Position numbers and translations under genes: made by a program. From the NCBI GenBank assembly GCA_964583075.1, contig CAZOUW010000004.1, positions 1-60,420 on the forward strand: a DNA stretch of 60,420 nt, written 5' to 3'. This document shows, piece after piece, positions 12,171 to 22,031 of the stretch. Numbering within the stretch: the first letter of the stretch is position 1; the number at the start of each line of letters is the position of its first letter. Source of the DNA: an uncultured Candidatus Saccharibacteria bacterium. GTDB taxonomy: Bacteria; Patescibacteriota; Saccharimonadia; Saccharimonadales; JAGQNJ01. The notes under the pieces were generated by a model. The model had not been told where the DNA came from. It did no database searches and saw only the letters and a program-made list of their open reading frames with translations.

Positions 12171-13685
12171 ATGGAAGCCGTTACTCATGGAGTTTTAGAA
12201 GCAGGCTTTAGTGGCATTATTGCGGACGTAGAATGTCACCTTTCTAATGGACTGCCCAACATCATTATCGTAGGCTTCGTGAGTAAAGCAGTAGACGAAT
12301 CAAAGGAACGTATCCGCAGTGCATTTGCAAGCAGCTCAATCAACCTACCCAAAAAGCGCATAACAATAAACATAGCCCCCGCGGACGTTCCAAAGGACAG
12401 TACCAGTCTTGATCTTGCAATTGCCTCATCAATATTAGTTGCTGGCAAAATGGCTCAGCCGGTACCGGAAGATACGATCCTAATTGGAGAACTAGGCCTG
12501 GATGGTTCTATACGCGGTGTTCGTGGCATCATTGGTAAGTTACTCGCGGGTAAGCAATGTGGGAAAACTAATTTTATTGTTCCTTCAAGAAACTTAAGCC
12601 AGGCTAGACTTGTACCCGATATCCATCTCTACCCTGTTAGTAACCTATCTGAACTCTACTTACATTTAACTGGAACTTCTCTCATTAACCCTGCTAAGCC
12701 TATCCAGAACCACACCTTGCAGACACAAATAAACCATGGGGATGACTTTAGTCACGTTGTAGGCCAGGCAGTTGCTAAGCGTGGCCTGGAAATAGCTGCA
12801 TCAGGTGGGCATAATATCCTACTTAACGGTCCGCCAGGTACAGGCAAAAGTATGCTTGCAAAAGCAACTATCAGTATTCTGCCACCCCTAGAAACCAGTG
12901 AGGTAATAGAGGTAACTCATTTGCATAGCCTTACCAGCCACAGTTACGAAGATATAATACGCGTGCGACCATTCCGAGCACCACATCATACTGCTAGTAA
13001 CACGGCTATTGTCGGCGGCGGGAAAAACCCGCGACCAGGAGAGATTAGCCTTAGCCATAGAGGCGTTCTGTTCTTTGATGAGTTTCCGGAATTTGACCGC
13101 CCAACTCTTGAAGCACTCAGGCAACCACTCGAGGATAATATTGTTACTGTCTCTCGCGCTAAAGATACAGTGATGTTCCCAGCAGACTTCATGCTAATTG
13201 CGACTGCCAATCCCTGCCCCTGTGGCTACTACGACACACACCGTGACTGTACATGTACGCCACAGCAGCTTGCGCGTTACCAGCGTAAGCTATCTGGCCC
13301 AATTATTGACAGAATCGATATTTTTACGGATGTCGAAAATGTAGCACATAGTAAACTACTCTCTCGAGATAAAGGTGCAGAGACTAGCGCAACCATCGCA
13401 AAACGTGTTCAGAAGGCACGTCAAAGACAGCGCAAACGCTTTAGTGGCATTAAAACCAACAGCAGTATGACCAGCCAAGACATCAATAAGCATGCCCTAC
13501 TTACCCCTGAAGCTACCGATCTACTCAATGCCGCCGCAGGCAAGCTTGAGCTATCCCCAAGGAGCTATATGCGTACTATCAAAGTAGCTCGTACTATTGC
13601 CGATCTTGATGAATCAGATGAAATTACCGTGAAGCACATAACTGAAGCCATCCAATACAGACCAAGAAAACCACAACTCGTTTAA
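12171..13685 (+). CDS. comM: Mg-chelatase-like AAA+ protein, ComM/YifB family
   Basis: The 504-aa ORF has an N-terminal Lon-protease-like domain, Walker A GPPGTGKSM, Walker B VLFFDEF and a C-terminal Mg-chelatase subunit ChlI-like tail. Confidence 0.9.
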   Translation: MEAVTHGVLEAGFSGIIADVECHLSNGLPNIIIVGFVSKAVDESKERIRSAFASSSINLPKKRITINIAPADVPKDSTSLDLAIASSILVAGKMAQPVPEDTILIGELGLDGSIRGVRGIIGKLLAGKQCGKTNFIVPSRNLSQARLVPDIHLYPVSNLSELYLHLTGTSLINPAKPIQNHTLQTQINHGDDFSHVVGQAVAKRGLEIAASGGHNILLNGPPGTGKSMLAKATISILPPLETSEVIEVTHLHSLTSHSYEDIIRVRPFRAPHHTASNTAIVGGGKNPRPGEISLSHRGVLFFDEFPEFDRPTLEALRQPLEDNIVTVSRAKDTVMFPADFMLIATANPCPCGYYDTHRDCTCTPQQLARYQRKLSGPIIDRIDIFTDVENVAHSKLLSRDKGAETSATIAKRVQKARQRQRKRFSGIKTNSSMTSQDINKHALLTPEATDLLNAAAGKLELSPRSYMRTIKVARTIADLDESDEITVKHITEAIQYRPRKPQLV

Positions 13686-13845
13686 ACAAAAACTTGACCA
13701 CATAGTAAGTTTTTCATTAGCATTTCGTAAAAATGCTAATACTTTGCCAGGGGTAAAGTATAAAAAATCTACTACATAGTTGACCCCTGTTGCTTTATCT
13801 GTTAAACTTTACGGAAGTCATTAACAGCGTAAAAGGAGTTTGAAT

Positions 13846-14373
13846 ATTAGCAAAGATGCTCGCCTGAATGAGTCGATTCGGGCACCGCAGCTTCGTGTCA
13901 TAACCGAAGACGGTAGGCAACTTGGCGTCATGAGCCGTATAGAGGCTTTGAGTGCCGCCAGAAGTGAAGGGCTTGACCTTGTAGAGGTCTCCCCTAGTGC
14001 CAATCCGCCTGTTGCGAAAATTATTGACTGGGGTAAATACAATTACCAACGAACTAAGCAGCTTCAAAAGAACAAAAGAAGCGCAAAGGCAGTCGATGTT
14101 AAGCAAATAAGGCTAGGTTTAAAAATTGGTGAGCACGATCTAGATGTAAAACTTAAGAAAGTTTATGGCTTTTTAGAAAACGGTCACAAGGTGAAATTTG
14201 CAATCTTTTATAGGGGTCGCGAATTGGCACACAAGGATATCGGCTTCAAATTAGCGGACAAAATCATCGAGGAGCTTGGAGATAAAGCAATTGTCGACCA
14301 AAACCCACAATTTAGCGGAAAACAGTTAATATTCACAGTAAGGAGCAACAATGCCAAAGCTAAAGACGCATAG
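13846..14373 (+). CDS. infC: Translation initiation factor IF-3, probably starting at AUU
   Basis: The ORF contains [18 protein letters not shown] and the C-terminal IF3 domain. GGAG (13835-13838) is only 1 nt from the TTG at 13840 but 7 nt from the in-frame ATT at 13846. Confidence 0.9.
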   Translation: MSKDARLNESIRAPQLRVITEDGRQLGVMSRIEALSAARSEGLDLVEVSPSANPPVAKIIDWGKYNYQRTKQLQKNKRSAKAVDVKQIRLGLKIGEHDLDVKLKKVYGFLENGHKVKFAIFYRGRELAHKDIGFKLADKIIEELGDKAIVDQNPQFSGKQLIFTVRSNNAKAKDA

Positions 14374-14545
14374 CGGTACAAAAGACCGGTTTAAGGTAAC
14401 TAAGAACGGTAAAGTAGTCCATGGTCACTCTTTTAAGAGTCATAACCTCTCAAAGAAAGGCGCTGCGCGCAAGCGCAATTTTGCGGTTCCACAAGTTGCA
14501 ACTGGTAAAGCTGTTAAATCAATCAAACGGAATCTAGGAGTCTAA
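14351..14545 (+). CDS. rpmI: 50S ribosomal protein L35
   Basis: The 64-aa ORF starts [17 protein letters not shown]. It has the expected infC-rpmI-rplT synteny. Confidence 0.95.
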   Translation: MPKLKTHSGTKDRFKVTKNGKVVHGHSFKSHNLSKKGAARKRNFAVPQVATGKAVKSIKRNLGV

Positions 14546-14548
14546 TAG

Positions 14549-14893
14549 ATGAGAGTTAAGCGAGGCGTTACAACACGCCAAAAGCACAATAAGATTAGAA
14601 AAGCTACCAAGGGCATGTCCCATGGTAATAGGGTGAGTATTAAGCGTGGTAAGCAAGCTGTTGTCAGATCTTTACAGAATGCGACTCGCGACCGTAAAAA
14701 CCGCAAGCGAACCTTCCGACAACTGTGGAATACGCGCATTAACGCTGCTGCACGCTTAAATGACACCACCTACAGCAAGCTAATCGCCGGCCTTAAAAAG
14801 GCAAACATTAGTCTTGACCGTAAAGTATTGGCCGAACTAGCCGTAAATGAACCAGCAGCCTTTACTGCTATAGTCGACGCTACAAAAAAGTAA
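14549..14893 (+). CDS. rplT: 50S ribosomal protein L20
   Basis: The 114-aa ORF starts [16 protein letters not shown] and contains INAAARLN. Confidence 0.95.
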   Translation: MRVKRGVTTRQKHNKIRKATKGMSHGNRVSIKRGKQAVVRSLQNATRDRKNRKRTFRQLWNTRINAAARLNDTTYSKLIAGLKKANISLDRKVLAELAVNEPAAFTAIVDATKK

Positions 14894-14912
14894 GGTAAGA
14901 TTCGAAATCAAG

Positions 14913-14945
14913 AAAAACCACTCACGTCAGCGAGTGGTTTTTTTC
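14913..14945. terminator. Intrinsic terminator shared by the rplT operon and the convergent rnpB
   Basis: AAAACCACTC-ACGTCAGC-GAGTGGTTTT forms a hairpin with A-tracts and T-tracts on both sides. Confidence 0.75.
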
Positions 14946-14948
14946 ATG

Positions 14949-15296
14949 TGCCAGCCTATCTATAAGCCGGGTTCTGTTATTGCTAGCCATCTATCTAGCC
15001 TGTTAATTGCTTAACAGATCGAGCGGATTATCGCACATATCTAGCGGGACACCAATGTATTAAACATACAAAAAGATATGCTACCTTGCAGCAGACAGGG
15101 TTTACCACCGCCGTATGTCACCACACAGCGCTGTGAGCTCTTACCTCACTCTTTTCACCTTAGCTCCAAAAGGGGCTGTCTTGTTTCTGTGGCACTTTCC
15201 CTAGAGTTACCCCTGGTTGCCGTTAGCAACTGTCATGCCCTATGCTGCCCGGACTTTCCTCTCGCCCATGGCGAGTAGCTAGCCGATAACCTGGCA
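14949..15296 (-). ncRNA. rnpB: RNase P RNA (bacterial type)
   Basis: The minus strand contains GAGAGGAAAGTCCGGGC (CR-I) near the 5' end and ACAGAACCCGGCTTAT (CR-V) near the 3' end. The termini TGCCAGGTTATC and GATAGGCTGGCA can pair as P1. Confidence 0.9.
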
Positions 15297-15303
15297 AAGT
15301 ATA

Positions 15304-16107
15304 TTATACCATGTTTTTATTGCTATCGAGTATACGGTTTACTTCCCCGTCTGCTAGCTTGTTAAGCTCTCGCGGCACGTGGGTAAAATCAACAAGATCA
15401 AAATCTTTCAACATGTCTTTGACGATATTGTGCACTGCTAGAAGCTCCGGGTTCTTAACCTTGAAAGTACCTTTCATTTGATTTGTGACCAACAAGCTAT
15501 CCATAAACACGTGGACCGTGCGCACTCCAAGCTGTCGTGCGCGCTCCAAACCAAGCCTCAAAGAATGGTACTCAGCCTGATTGTTGGTTGTGATGTTCAA
15601 ATATTCGCCGTTGGTTTCAAGTACGTTATCTTGCATGTCTAACAACACGTAGCCACTCGCCGATGGACCCGGATTACCTCTGGAGCCACCATCCCCATAC
15701 AGCTTGATTTCGCTTATGTTTGTTGATATATTTACATCGCTATTTTCAAGCTTTTCGGACGTTTCATACGGCCGAAAATCGAACTCAATGACTTTCACGG
15801 GCGTTTCTGAATCAATGACATCACCATAAAATAACGCCATCTGCTCATACAATTCTGCCGTCGAACCAAATCGCTCAAAGTCACCACCAGCAAGATCAAG
15901 ATCGCCAATTCTCTGCTCGGTCACACGGTTCACTCTCGCTACACCAACCACTGCCCACGTTTTTGGGTCATCCTCGTGAACCTTATCAACCACAGCAATT
16001 TCATCATCAACCGAAATTCCCTTTTCGTCATTAATACGCAAGGTTGATGATTGAATTCCCTTCTTAATGTTTTCTATTTCTATATGATTAAACTTTAGGC
16101 TTTTCAT
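15304..16107 (-). CDS. ASCH-like (PUA-fold) domain fused to RNase HI
   Basis: The C-terminal half has the RNase H motifs YGDGGSRGNPGPSA, NNQAEYHSL and ELNKLAD. The N-terminal 130 aa (LKFNHIEIENIKKGIQSSTLR) resembles an ASCH domain. I prefer the start at Met13 (16107), which avoids an overlap with queA. Confidence 0.7.
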   Translation of the reverse strand: MKSLKFNHIEIENIKKGIQSSTLRINDEKGISVDDEIAVVDKVHEDDPKTWAVVGVARVNRVTEQRIGDLDLAGGDFERFGSTAELYEQMALFYGDVIDSETPVKVIEFDFRPYETSEKLENSDVNISTNISEIKLYGDGGSRGNPGPSASGYVLLDMQDNVLETNGEYLNITTNNQAEYHSLRLGLERARQLGVRTVHVFMDSLLVTNQMKGTFKVKNPELLAVHNIVKDMLKDFDLVDFTHVPRELNKLADGEVNRILDSNKNMV

Positions 16108-16137
16108 TCCTACCCATTCTACCCTAGAATAACCTCT

Positions 16138-17163
16138 ATGCATATTAGTGACTTCAGTTACGACCTTCCAGAATCAAAGATTGCCACTCATCCACCAAAA
16201 GTACGTGGTAGTAGTAAGCTATTAGTTTTGAGCAGAAAAACGGGGCAGATTGAACATGATTTGTACAAAAACTTTGTAAACTACGTCCAGCCGGGCGATG
16301 TTGTTGTACTCAATGACACCAAGGTTATAAAAGCGCGTCTGATTGCTCGTAGGGGTGAAAAACAGAGAGAGTTTCTGCTTCTTGAGCGTCATTCTCGTCA
16401 GCTCGACACCCACCATTGGAAGGTCCTTTATAGAGGTAAGATTAAGGTAGGTGAAACCTATATAGTCGGCCAGACAGAAATACTGGTTGAAGAAGTTCTT
16501 GAAGGTGGCCTTGCCTGCATTAGCTCCACCTCTGACTTATTAGAGCTCAGTGACACCTCTGGGAACGTCCCGCTACCACCGTACATAAAGCGTTCTGCAA
16601 CACAAGAAGATATCGAACGTTACCAAACGGAGTTCGCACGCGTGGCCGGCTCAGTAGCCGCCCCTACCGCTTCTCTCAACTTCACGGAAGAACTGATAGA
16701 CAAACTTACGGCTAAAGGTGTAGAAATCACCTATTTAACACTGCATGTTGGCCTAGGAACCTTCCTTCCGATCAGAACAGATGACGTTGAAGATCATGAA
16801 ATGCATAGCGAATACTTCGAAATACCCGCTTCTACCACCGCTATAATCAAACAAGCAAAAAATAATAACAAGCGAGTTTTTGCTGTTGGCACTACTGTTA
16901 CCCGCACTTTGGAGTACGCTCAAGAGCAAATTCTTAAATCTTCTACCTCAGACTTAACTGGTGAAGCAGATATTTTCATCTACCCTGGCTACTCATTCAA
17001 GATTGTAGACGGGCTTCTAACCAACTTTCACGCGCCAAAAACTACTGTTCTAATGCTTGCTGCTGCATTTGCAGGATGGGATAACCTTAAGGAGGCATAC
17101 GATTCTGCCCTAAAGTCAGGTTATAAACTTCTCTCCTACGGTGATTCTATGCTAATAACCTGA
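16138..17163 (+). CDS. queA: S-adenosylmethionine:tRNA ribosyltransferase-isomerase
   Basis: The 341-aa ORF has FSYDLPESKIATHP, VAAPTASLNFT and TNFHAPKTTVLML. Confidence 0.93.
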   Translation: MHISDFSYDLPESKIATHPPKVRGSSKLLVLSRKTGQIEHDLYKNFVNYVQPGDVVVLNDTKVIKARLIARRGEKQREFLLLERHSRQLDTHHWKVLYRGKIKVGETYIVGQTEILVEEVLEGGLACISSTSDLLELSDTSGNVPLPPYIKRSATQEDIERYQTEFARVAGSVAAPTASLNFTEELIDKLTAKGVEITYLTLHVGLGTFLPIRTDDVEDHEMHSEYFEIPASTTAIIKQAKNNNKRVFAVGTTVTRTLEYAQEQILKSSTSDLTGEADIFIYPGYSFKIVDGLLTNFHAPKTTVLMLAAAFAGWDNLKEAYDSALKSGYKLLSYGDSMLIT

Positions 17164-17189
17164 GTTGCTGCTACAATTACATCTGTCAA

Positions 17190-17265
17190 CGGGGTGTAGC
17201 GCAGTTGGTAGCGCGTACGGCTGGGGGCCGTGAGGTCGCAGGTTCAAGTCCTGTCACCCCGACCA
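17190..17265 (+). tRNA. tRNA-Pro (anticodon GGG), CCA encoded
   Basis: It folds as a cloverleaf by hand: acceptor CGGGGTG/CACCCCG, anticodon loop CTGGGGG, T-loop TTCAAGT. Confidence 0.9.
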
Positions 17266-17375
17266 GTATATTTCACTCCTTTATAGCATAGGTACTTCCT
17301 TTTCGCTAAATCAGCATCCTGTGAGATATATCCCTTGTGCTTGCTTAATATAACTGCGTAATCGATACTAAAGTT

Positions 17376-17882
17376 ATGGAAAGACCAATACAATTCAGAG
17401 ACCCACAGCTTGAGACTTCAGGTGAGGTTATTGGGTTCTATCCGAGAGAATTTTATACGTTTGATAATTTTGCTGCATTTCAAGTAGATTACATGGATTT
17501 TCGATGGCCTACTTCTGAGCACGCTTATCATGCTGCAAAATTTGTTGATACTGCTCCCGAAGTTGTCGAGATGTTAAAAGTCGCACGATCCCCTCACGAT
17601 GCATTAGTTATAGCAACCGAACATAAACCTAGACGTGCCGAAGATTGGGATGAACGCAAAGTCGCAGTAATGTATGAGATATGTCGTCTGAAGCTGGTTC
17701 AAAATGCGTATGTACTTCAGAAGCTGCAACTAAGTGGCGACCTTGATATAGTTGAGGACTCGCCTAAAGACGATTTTTGGGGTTGGGGACCTAATCGTGA
17801 TGGAAGAAATGAGCTGGGCAAAATCTGGATGCGACTCCGAGATGAACTAAGGTCGGGCTTAATAGAGACGGAGCCTGAATAA
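17376..17882 (+). CDS. NADAR (YbiA/DUF1768) family protein
   Basis: The 168-aa ORF has FRWPTSEHAYHAAKF and DDFWGWG, which are typical of NADAR domains. Confidence 0.7.
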   Translation: MERPIQFRDPQLETSGEVIGFYPREFYTFDNFAAFQVDYMDFRWPTSEHAYHAAKFVDTAPEVVEMLKVARSPHDALVIATEHKPRRAEDWDERKVAVMYEICRLKLVQNAYVLQKLQLSGDLDIVEDSPKDDFWGWGPNRDGRNELGKIWMRLRDELRSGLIETEPE

Positions 17883-18042
17883 TCTACAAGTAAAACTGGG
17901 TCATCACCCTTGATTAATCTGATGTTCTCAGGTGGGTTCCCGCACGTACAGGCCACAGCCGGTACAGATGTAAAGATCCCTATCAGAAAGTGTTAGATAA
18001 TCATTGATGGGCGATGACCCAGCAATTTCATTATAGCAGCTA

Positions 18043-18672
18043 CTAGCCCAATAAAACCTGAAAGAAAAAATTATTGAGATAGTTTACCACTGGTACAAGC
18101 AGCGGAAATAACAGGAACATAAATATAAAGATTCCCGCCACACCGAAGGACTCTATTTGCTCCATCACTCTCCTGAGTGGTTCCGGCGCAAACGCGTAGA
18201 GCACACGAGAGCCATCTAACGGTGGAAACGGTATCATATTAAACACAAAAACTGCTATGTTTAATTCTACAAAAAGACTAGAGATTTCATATGCTGTTGT
18301 TCCAATAGCAACACCCGCAAGCTTCATAATTGATACCCCAACGAGCGCCAAAAGCAGATTACTGAGCGGCCCGGCAAGCCCAACCAAAGCCGCCCCAAAC
18401 TCGCCAAATCGTACTCTATAAGGGTTAAATGGTACTGGTTTTGCTATTAAAAACGGTGGCATGCCCAATAAAAGCAAAACTAGCGGTAACAGCACTGTTG
18501 TAAAAGGGTCTACGTGTTTTAATGGATTTAATGTTAATCTACCTAGGTCTTTTGCCGTTGGATCACCCAACCAATGCGACATAAAAGCGTGCATTGCCTC
18601 ATGAAAACTAAGCGAAATAATCAAAATGAGTAAAAAAATAAATATTCCGAGTAAACCAAGGTCTGTTAGCAT
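18043..18672 (-). CDS. Site-2 protease family (peptidase M50) membrane metalloprotease
   Basis: An HEAMH zinc motif sits in TM1 and the protein is polytopic. I prefer the start at the internal Met (18672), because the longer ORF would overlap the divergent rpmB start. Confidence 0.75.
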   Translation of the reverse strand: MLTDLGLLGIFIFLLILIISLSFHEAMHAFMSHWLGDPTAKDLGRLTLNPLKHVDPFTTVLLPLVLLLLGMPPFLIAKPVPFNPYRVRFGEFGAALVGLAGPLSNLLLALVGVSIMKLAGVAIGTTAYEISSLFVELNIAVFVFNMIPFPPLDGSRVLYAFAPEPLRRVMEQIESFGVAGIFIFMFLLFPLLVPVVNYLNNFFFQVLLG

Positions 18673-18750
18673 CGTATGTAAGTATAACAAGAATTGCTGT
18701 GGCTTGATAGTTGACTTATTAGAGGTAACTGTGTACAATATACCCCTGTT

Positions 18751-18969
18751 ATGCAAAAATGTGAATTAACCGGTAAAGGCAAGCAATTTGGCCACAATGT
18801 GAGCTTCTCTCAGCGTCACACAAAAAAGGTCTGGAAGCCAAACTTACAAACTAAAACTCTGATTATCGACGGCAAAAAAGTCCGCATGAAACTTAGTACG
18901 CAAGCCATAAGAACCCTTAAGAAAAAGGGTGTTATCTCTAACATAAAGCAAGAAAAAGTGGCCTCATAA
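18751..18969 (+). CDS. rpmB: 50S ribosomal protein L28
   Basis: The 72-aa ORF starts MQKCELTGKGKQFGHNVSFSQRHTKKVWKPNLQ. Confidence 0.93.
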   Translation: MQKCELTGKGKQFGHNVSFSQRHTKKVWKPNLQTKTLIIDGKKVRMKLSTQAIRTLKKKGVISNIKQEKVAS

Positions 18970-19008
18970 ACGGCCACTTTTCATTTGAAACACGTCAATT
19001 AACTTCTA

Positions 19009-19632
19009 TTATCGTTCAAGAACAATAAGCTGCGTTCCCTCAGGCAGGTCACCACTCTTTAGTTTAAGTTTGGCGACTGTCTCTTTTGCTTCCATTCCAA
19101 GTGTGTGCAAGACTTCACCCAATTCCTGTTGCGGCACCGGGTAAGAAGTCTCCTTATCAGCGTAGTGAACGGGAATAATAAGCTTCGGCTCCACCTTCTT
19201 TATAATTTTTAGCGCACCCACACCGTCCAACGTATAACCATTACCGCCAACTGGTATTACCATTACATCAATCAAGCCAATTGTCTCCAGCTGCTGATCG
19301 GATAGGTCAGGATAGATGTGCCCGGTTACAAGAACCTTTATATCCTCCGCTACGAGTTTATACATCGTGGCTGTTTTAGAACCATCTTCGTCTATATGTG
19401 CACGAGCTGGAAGACCCACAACAGAGACCCCAGAAACTTCAAATTCGCCTGGTTGATCTATGATGATCTTTGTGTCAACGTCTGGTTCGCCATGCGCGCC
19501 AGTGAATAACGCAATGTCACCCACCTTCGTTTGGCTCTTTAGACCAAGTTCGCCAAGATTATCATCAACAATAATACTCGCCTGTTTGGTTATAATACGC
19601 ATACAATTCGCACCATAATACTGAAATTCCAT
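19009..19632 (-). CDS. MBL-fold (metallo-beta-lactamase superfamily) hydrolase-like protein
   Basis: The 207-aa ORF resembles UPF0173/Lactamase_B_3 proteins overall. The canonical HxHxDH motif is not evident. Confidence 0.5.
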   Translation of the reverse strand: MEFQYYGANCMRIITKQASIIVDDNLGELGLKSQTKVGDIALFTGAHGEPDVDTKIIIDQPGEFEVSGVSVVGLPARAHIDEDGSKTATMYKLVAEDIKVLVTGHIYPDLSDQQLETIGLIDVMVIPVGGNGYTLDGVGALKIIKKVEPKLIIPVHYADKETSYPVPQQELGEVLHTLGMEAKETVAKLKLKSGDLPEGTQLIVLER

Positions 19633-19648
19633 CGTTAAGCCTTCCTTA

Positions 19649-20242
19649 TTACCTAAAACGTTTGTTTTTATCTATTAAAATCTGTTTCTTAGCCGTGCTG
19701 AGCTTACTCAAAAACCGGTCTTTCACCTGTTGTCGATAATCAAAATCGCTAGGAGTCATTACAACAAAACGAATCTCCTTACCCTCTTTAGCCTCGAGCT
19801 GACTAACAAAATTATTGAGTTTTGTCTGATTAACATCTCCGATAACAAGAAAGTCTATACCCGCTGACTCATCTCGAGTAAATTGACCCGTTAAAATGGC
19901 CCCTTCTACGTTACCTACCTTCTTGAGCTCAGATATGTCATCACCCTCTTTTTCAACAACATCGTTACCAACAGTCGCAGTTGTTACCCCCTTGCCAAAA
20001 ATACTTGATAACGCACGGTAATGTTCATACTTCTGATTCACTTCATAGTACAATTTGTTGTTATTGTTATCTGAAGAAATAATACCGATGCTTAACAGAT
20101 TAGCAAGCTCGCGACGCACAGAATTTATCTGCTCATCAATTTTGCGAGTAATTTCGCGAACATAGAAAGAACGGTTTGGGTTAGAAAAAAACAGCTGCAA
20201 TAGCTTTACCCTAGTTTTTGACCCAAACAATTGCTCAACCAT
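19649..20242 (-). CDS. Winged-helix (ArsR/MarR-like) transcriptional regulator with a C-terminal extension
   Basis: The N-terminus FGSKTRVKLLQLFFSNPNRSFYVREITRKIDEQINSVRRELANL is a typical wHTH. Confidence 0.6.
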   Translation of the reverse strand: MVEQLFGSKTRVKLLQLFFSNPNRSFYVREITRKIDEQINSVRRELANLLSIGIISSDNNNNKLYYEVNQKYEHYRALSSIFGKGVTTATVGNDVVEKEGDDISELKKVGNVEGAILTGQFTRDESAGIDFLVIGDVNQTKLNNFVSQLEAKEGKEIRFVVMTPSDFDYRQQVKDRFLSKLSTAKKQILIDKNKRFR

Positions 20243-20337
20243 GAATTTATTGTAACAGAATTATGCTCAATTTCGCGTTAATAGTGTTGTTACAAGCTCA
20301 ACAATACTACTCTATTCAACCCCTCAAAATACACAAT

Positions 20338-21108
20338 TTACGAAAGAAAACTGCTTACGAGCTCGTTTACTTGCTCACGACGCACCCAATGAATACTTTT
20401 ATTGCGTTTGAACCAAGTGCGCTGACGCTTGGCGAGCGATTTATCGCCGCGGATAAATTCTACTTTAGCCTCATCAAGCGATAACTCGCCACGAATATAC
20501 TTCACAAAAGTGCGATATCCAATCCCAGACATAGCCTCATTATCTGCACCATATGCATCAAGCAAACCCTCAACTTCATTGATAAAACCGTCCTCAAGCA
20601 TCTGTTCAGCCCGCTTCTCTATCCGCGCATTTAGCTCATCCTTATCACGCCGCAAACCTATAACAAGTGTCTTCGGTCGTAACTCTCTGTCAGGTCTGGG
20701 TGTGTCCTGACTAAGATGCCGTGGATTGTCTGGATCACGCAATGAGCTACCCTCACTAAAGTGATAATCAAAGATGACTGAATCGACATACAAGCCTGTT
20801 CCACCCACCATTATAGGCAATTTACCCCTGCTTGAAATATCTGCTATAGCTTTAAGCGCATCTTCCTTGAACTGAGCTACCGAATATCGTTGCCCAGGCT
20901 CAATAATATCAAGTAGGTGATGTCTTACCTCTAATTGATCCTGCCTACTTGGTTTTGCGGTCCCAATGTCCATGCCTTTATAGATTGTGCGAGAATCAGC
21001 ACAAATAATCTCACCGTTAAATCGCTTTGCAAGATCCATGCCAAGCGCACTCTTGCCACTGGCCGTTTCGCCAACAATTATCACTAGCGGAGCTACTTCG
21101 GCCACCAC
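20338..21108 (-). CDS. miaA: tRNA dimethylallyltransferase
   Basis: The ORF has the P-loop GETASGKS, DSRTIYKGMDIGTAKP and GGTGLY. Confidence 0.9.
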   Translation of the reverse strand: MVAEVAPLVIIVGETASGKSALGMDLAKRFNGEIICADSRTIYKGMDIGTAKPSRQDQLEVRHHLLDIIEPGQRYSVAQFKEDALKAIADISSRGKLPIMVGGTGLYVDSVIFDYHFSEGSSLRDPDNPRHLSQDTPRPDRELRPKTLVIGLRRDKDELNARIEKRAEQMLEDGFINEVEGLLDAYGADNEAMSGIGYRTFVKYIRGELSLDEAKVEFIRGDKSLAKRQRTWFKRNKSIHWVRREQVNELVSSFLS

Positions 21109-21404
21109 AACAGCCCTTCTACGTCTACGGCATAGTCATTTACATGGTAACCTTCTTGCTCTAACACTTGTTGATGACCAGATTTACCGCCTGGATAACC
21201 ACTTGCTAGACCCCCCTGTTTATTGACAACCCTCTGCCAAGGTAAGTTTGGGTCGCCAAAGTGAGCAATACCGCCTACGATTCGTGCCGCTCGCGGATTA
21301 CCACACAATGCTGCTAGCTGCCCATAGGTCATCACCTTGCCTTTTGGAATCTGCGCCACAACCAGTTCTACTCTTTGTTTAAAGTCATTCTGCTGTTTCA
21401 CCAT
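21093..21404 (-). CDS. MGMT-family DNA-binding domain protein lacking the acceptor Cys (alkyltransferase-like, ATL)
   Basis: IPKGKVMTYGQLAALCGNPRAARIVGGI forms the HTH. LPWQRVV occupies the position of the PCHRV active site. The start is taken at Met 21404. Confidence 0.7.
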   Translation of the reverse strand: MVKQQNDFKQRVELVVAQIPKGKVMTYGQLAALCGNPRAARIVGGIAHFGDPNLPWQRVVNKQGGLASGYPGGKSGHQQVLEQEGYHVNDYAVDVEGLLWWPK

Positions 21405-22008
21405 GAAGATACTCCGCAACTTCATTCCAATCCTTGCAATGTATAAAATTGTCTGCTTTCTGACCATGATCATGCCATCCGTAATCACCAAAAAGAATTG
21501 GGACTACGCCAAATTCATAGGCACTATTACAGTGCTCGATATTATCGTCTATGAGATAGGTGGCTCCTGCCCTTTTACACGTTTCCCCTTTTGACATTTT
21601 TGCGTATTTACCATGGCCTATGCATAGTACTTTATCAATTTGCCCATAGAAGATCTTCGATATCCATTTTTCAGTAGCCTTCTGCATATCAGCAGATCGA
21701 GATGATATGGCAATAAATTTAAATTTACCGTGTAGACTCTTTAGTACATCTACTGCACCGTCGATACTTGGTACATGAGACTGATCCTCCATATACGTAG
21801 CATGAAACTCATCTATTATGCCGTCACCATCAACATCATGACTTTCCCAAATCTTCTCATAGTGTCCCCAATACACACCTGTCTTCGCTTGGTAATGATG
21901 TCTCTGCAGTTCTAGACCATGCTTATCATTAACAAAAATGCGCAAAACATCAGTTGAGTCTGCTAAAACATCATCGATATCAATAGCTATGATAGGAATC
22001 TTAGTCAT
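21385..22008 (-). CDS. HAD-superfamily 5'(3')-deoxyribonucleotidase-like phosphatase
   Basis: The N-terminal motif IAIDIDDVLAD is the DxD nucleophile motif. The size is 207 aa. Confidence 0.6.
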   Translation of the reverse strand: MTKIPIIAIDIDDVLADSTDVLRIFVNDKHGLELQRHHYQAKTGVYWGHYEKIWESHDVDGDGIIDEFHATYMEDQSHVPSIDGAVDVLKSLHGKFKFIAISSRSADMQKATEKWISKIFYGQIDKVLCIGHGKYAKMSKGETCKRAGATYLIDDNIEHCNSAYEFGVVPILFGDYGWHDHGQKADNFIHCKDWNEVAEYLHGETAE

Positions 22009-22031
22009 AGAGTCATACTTTATAACGGTAT

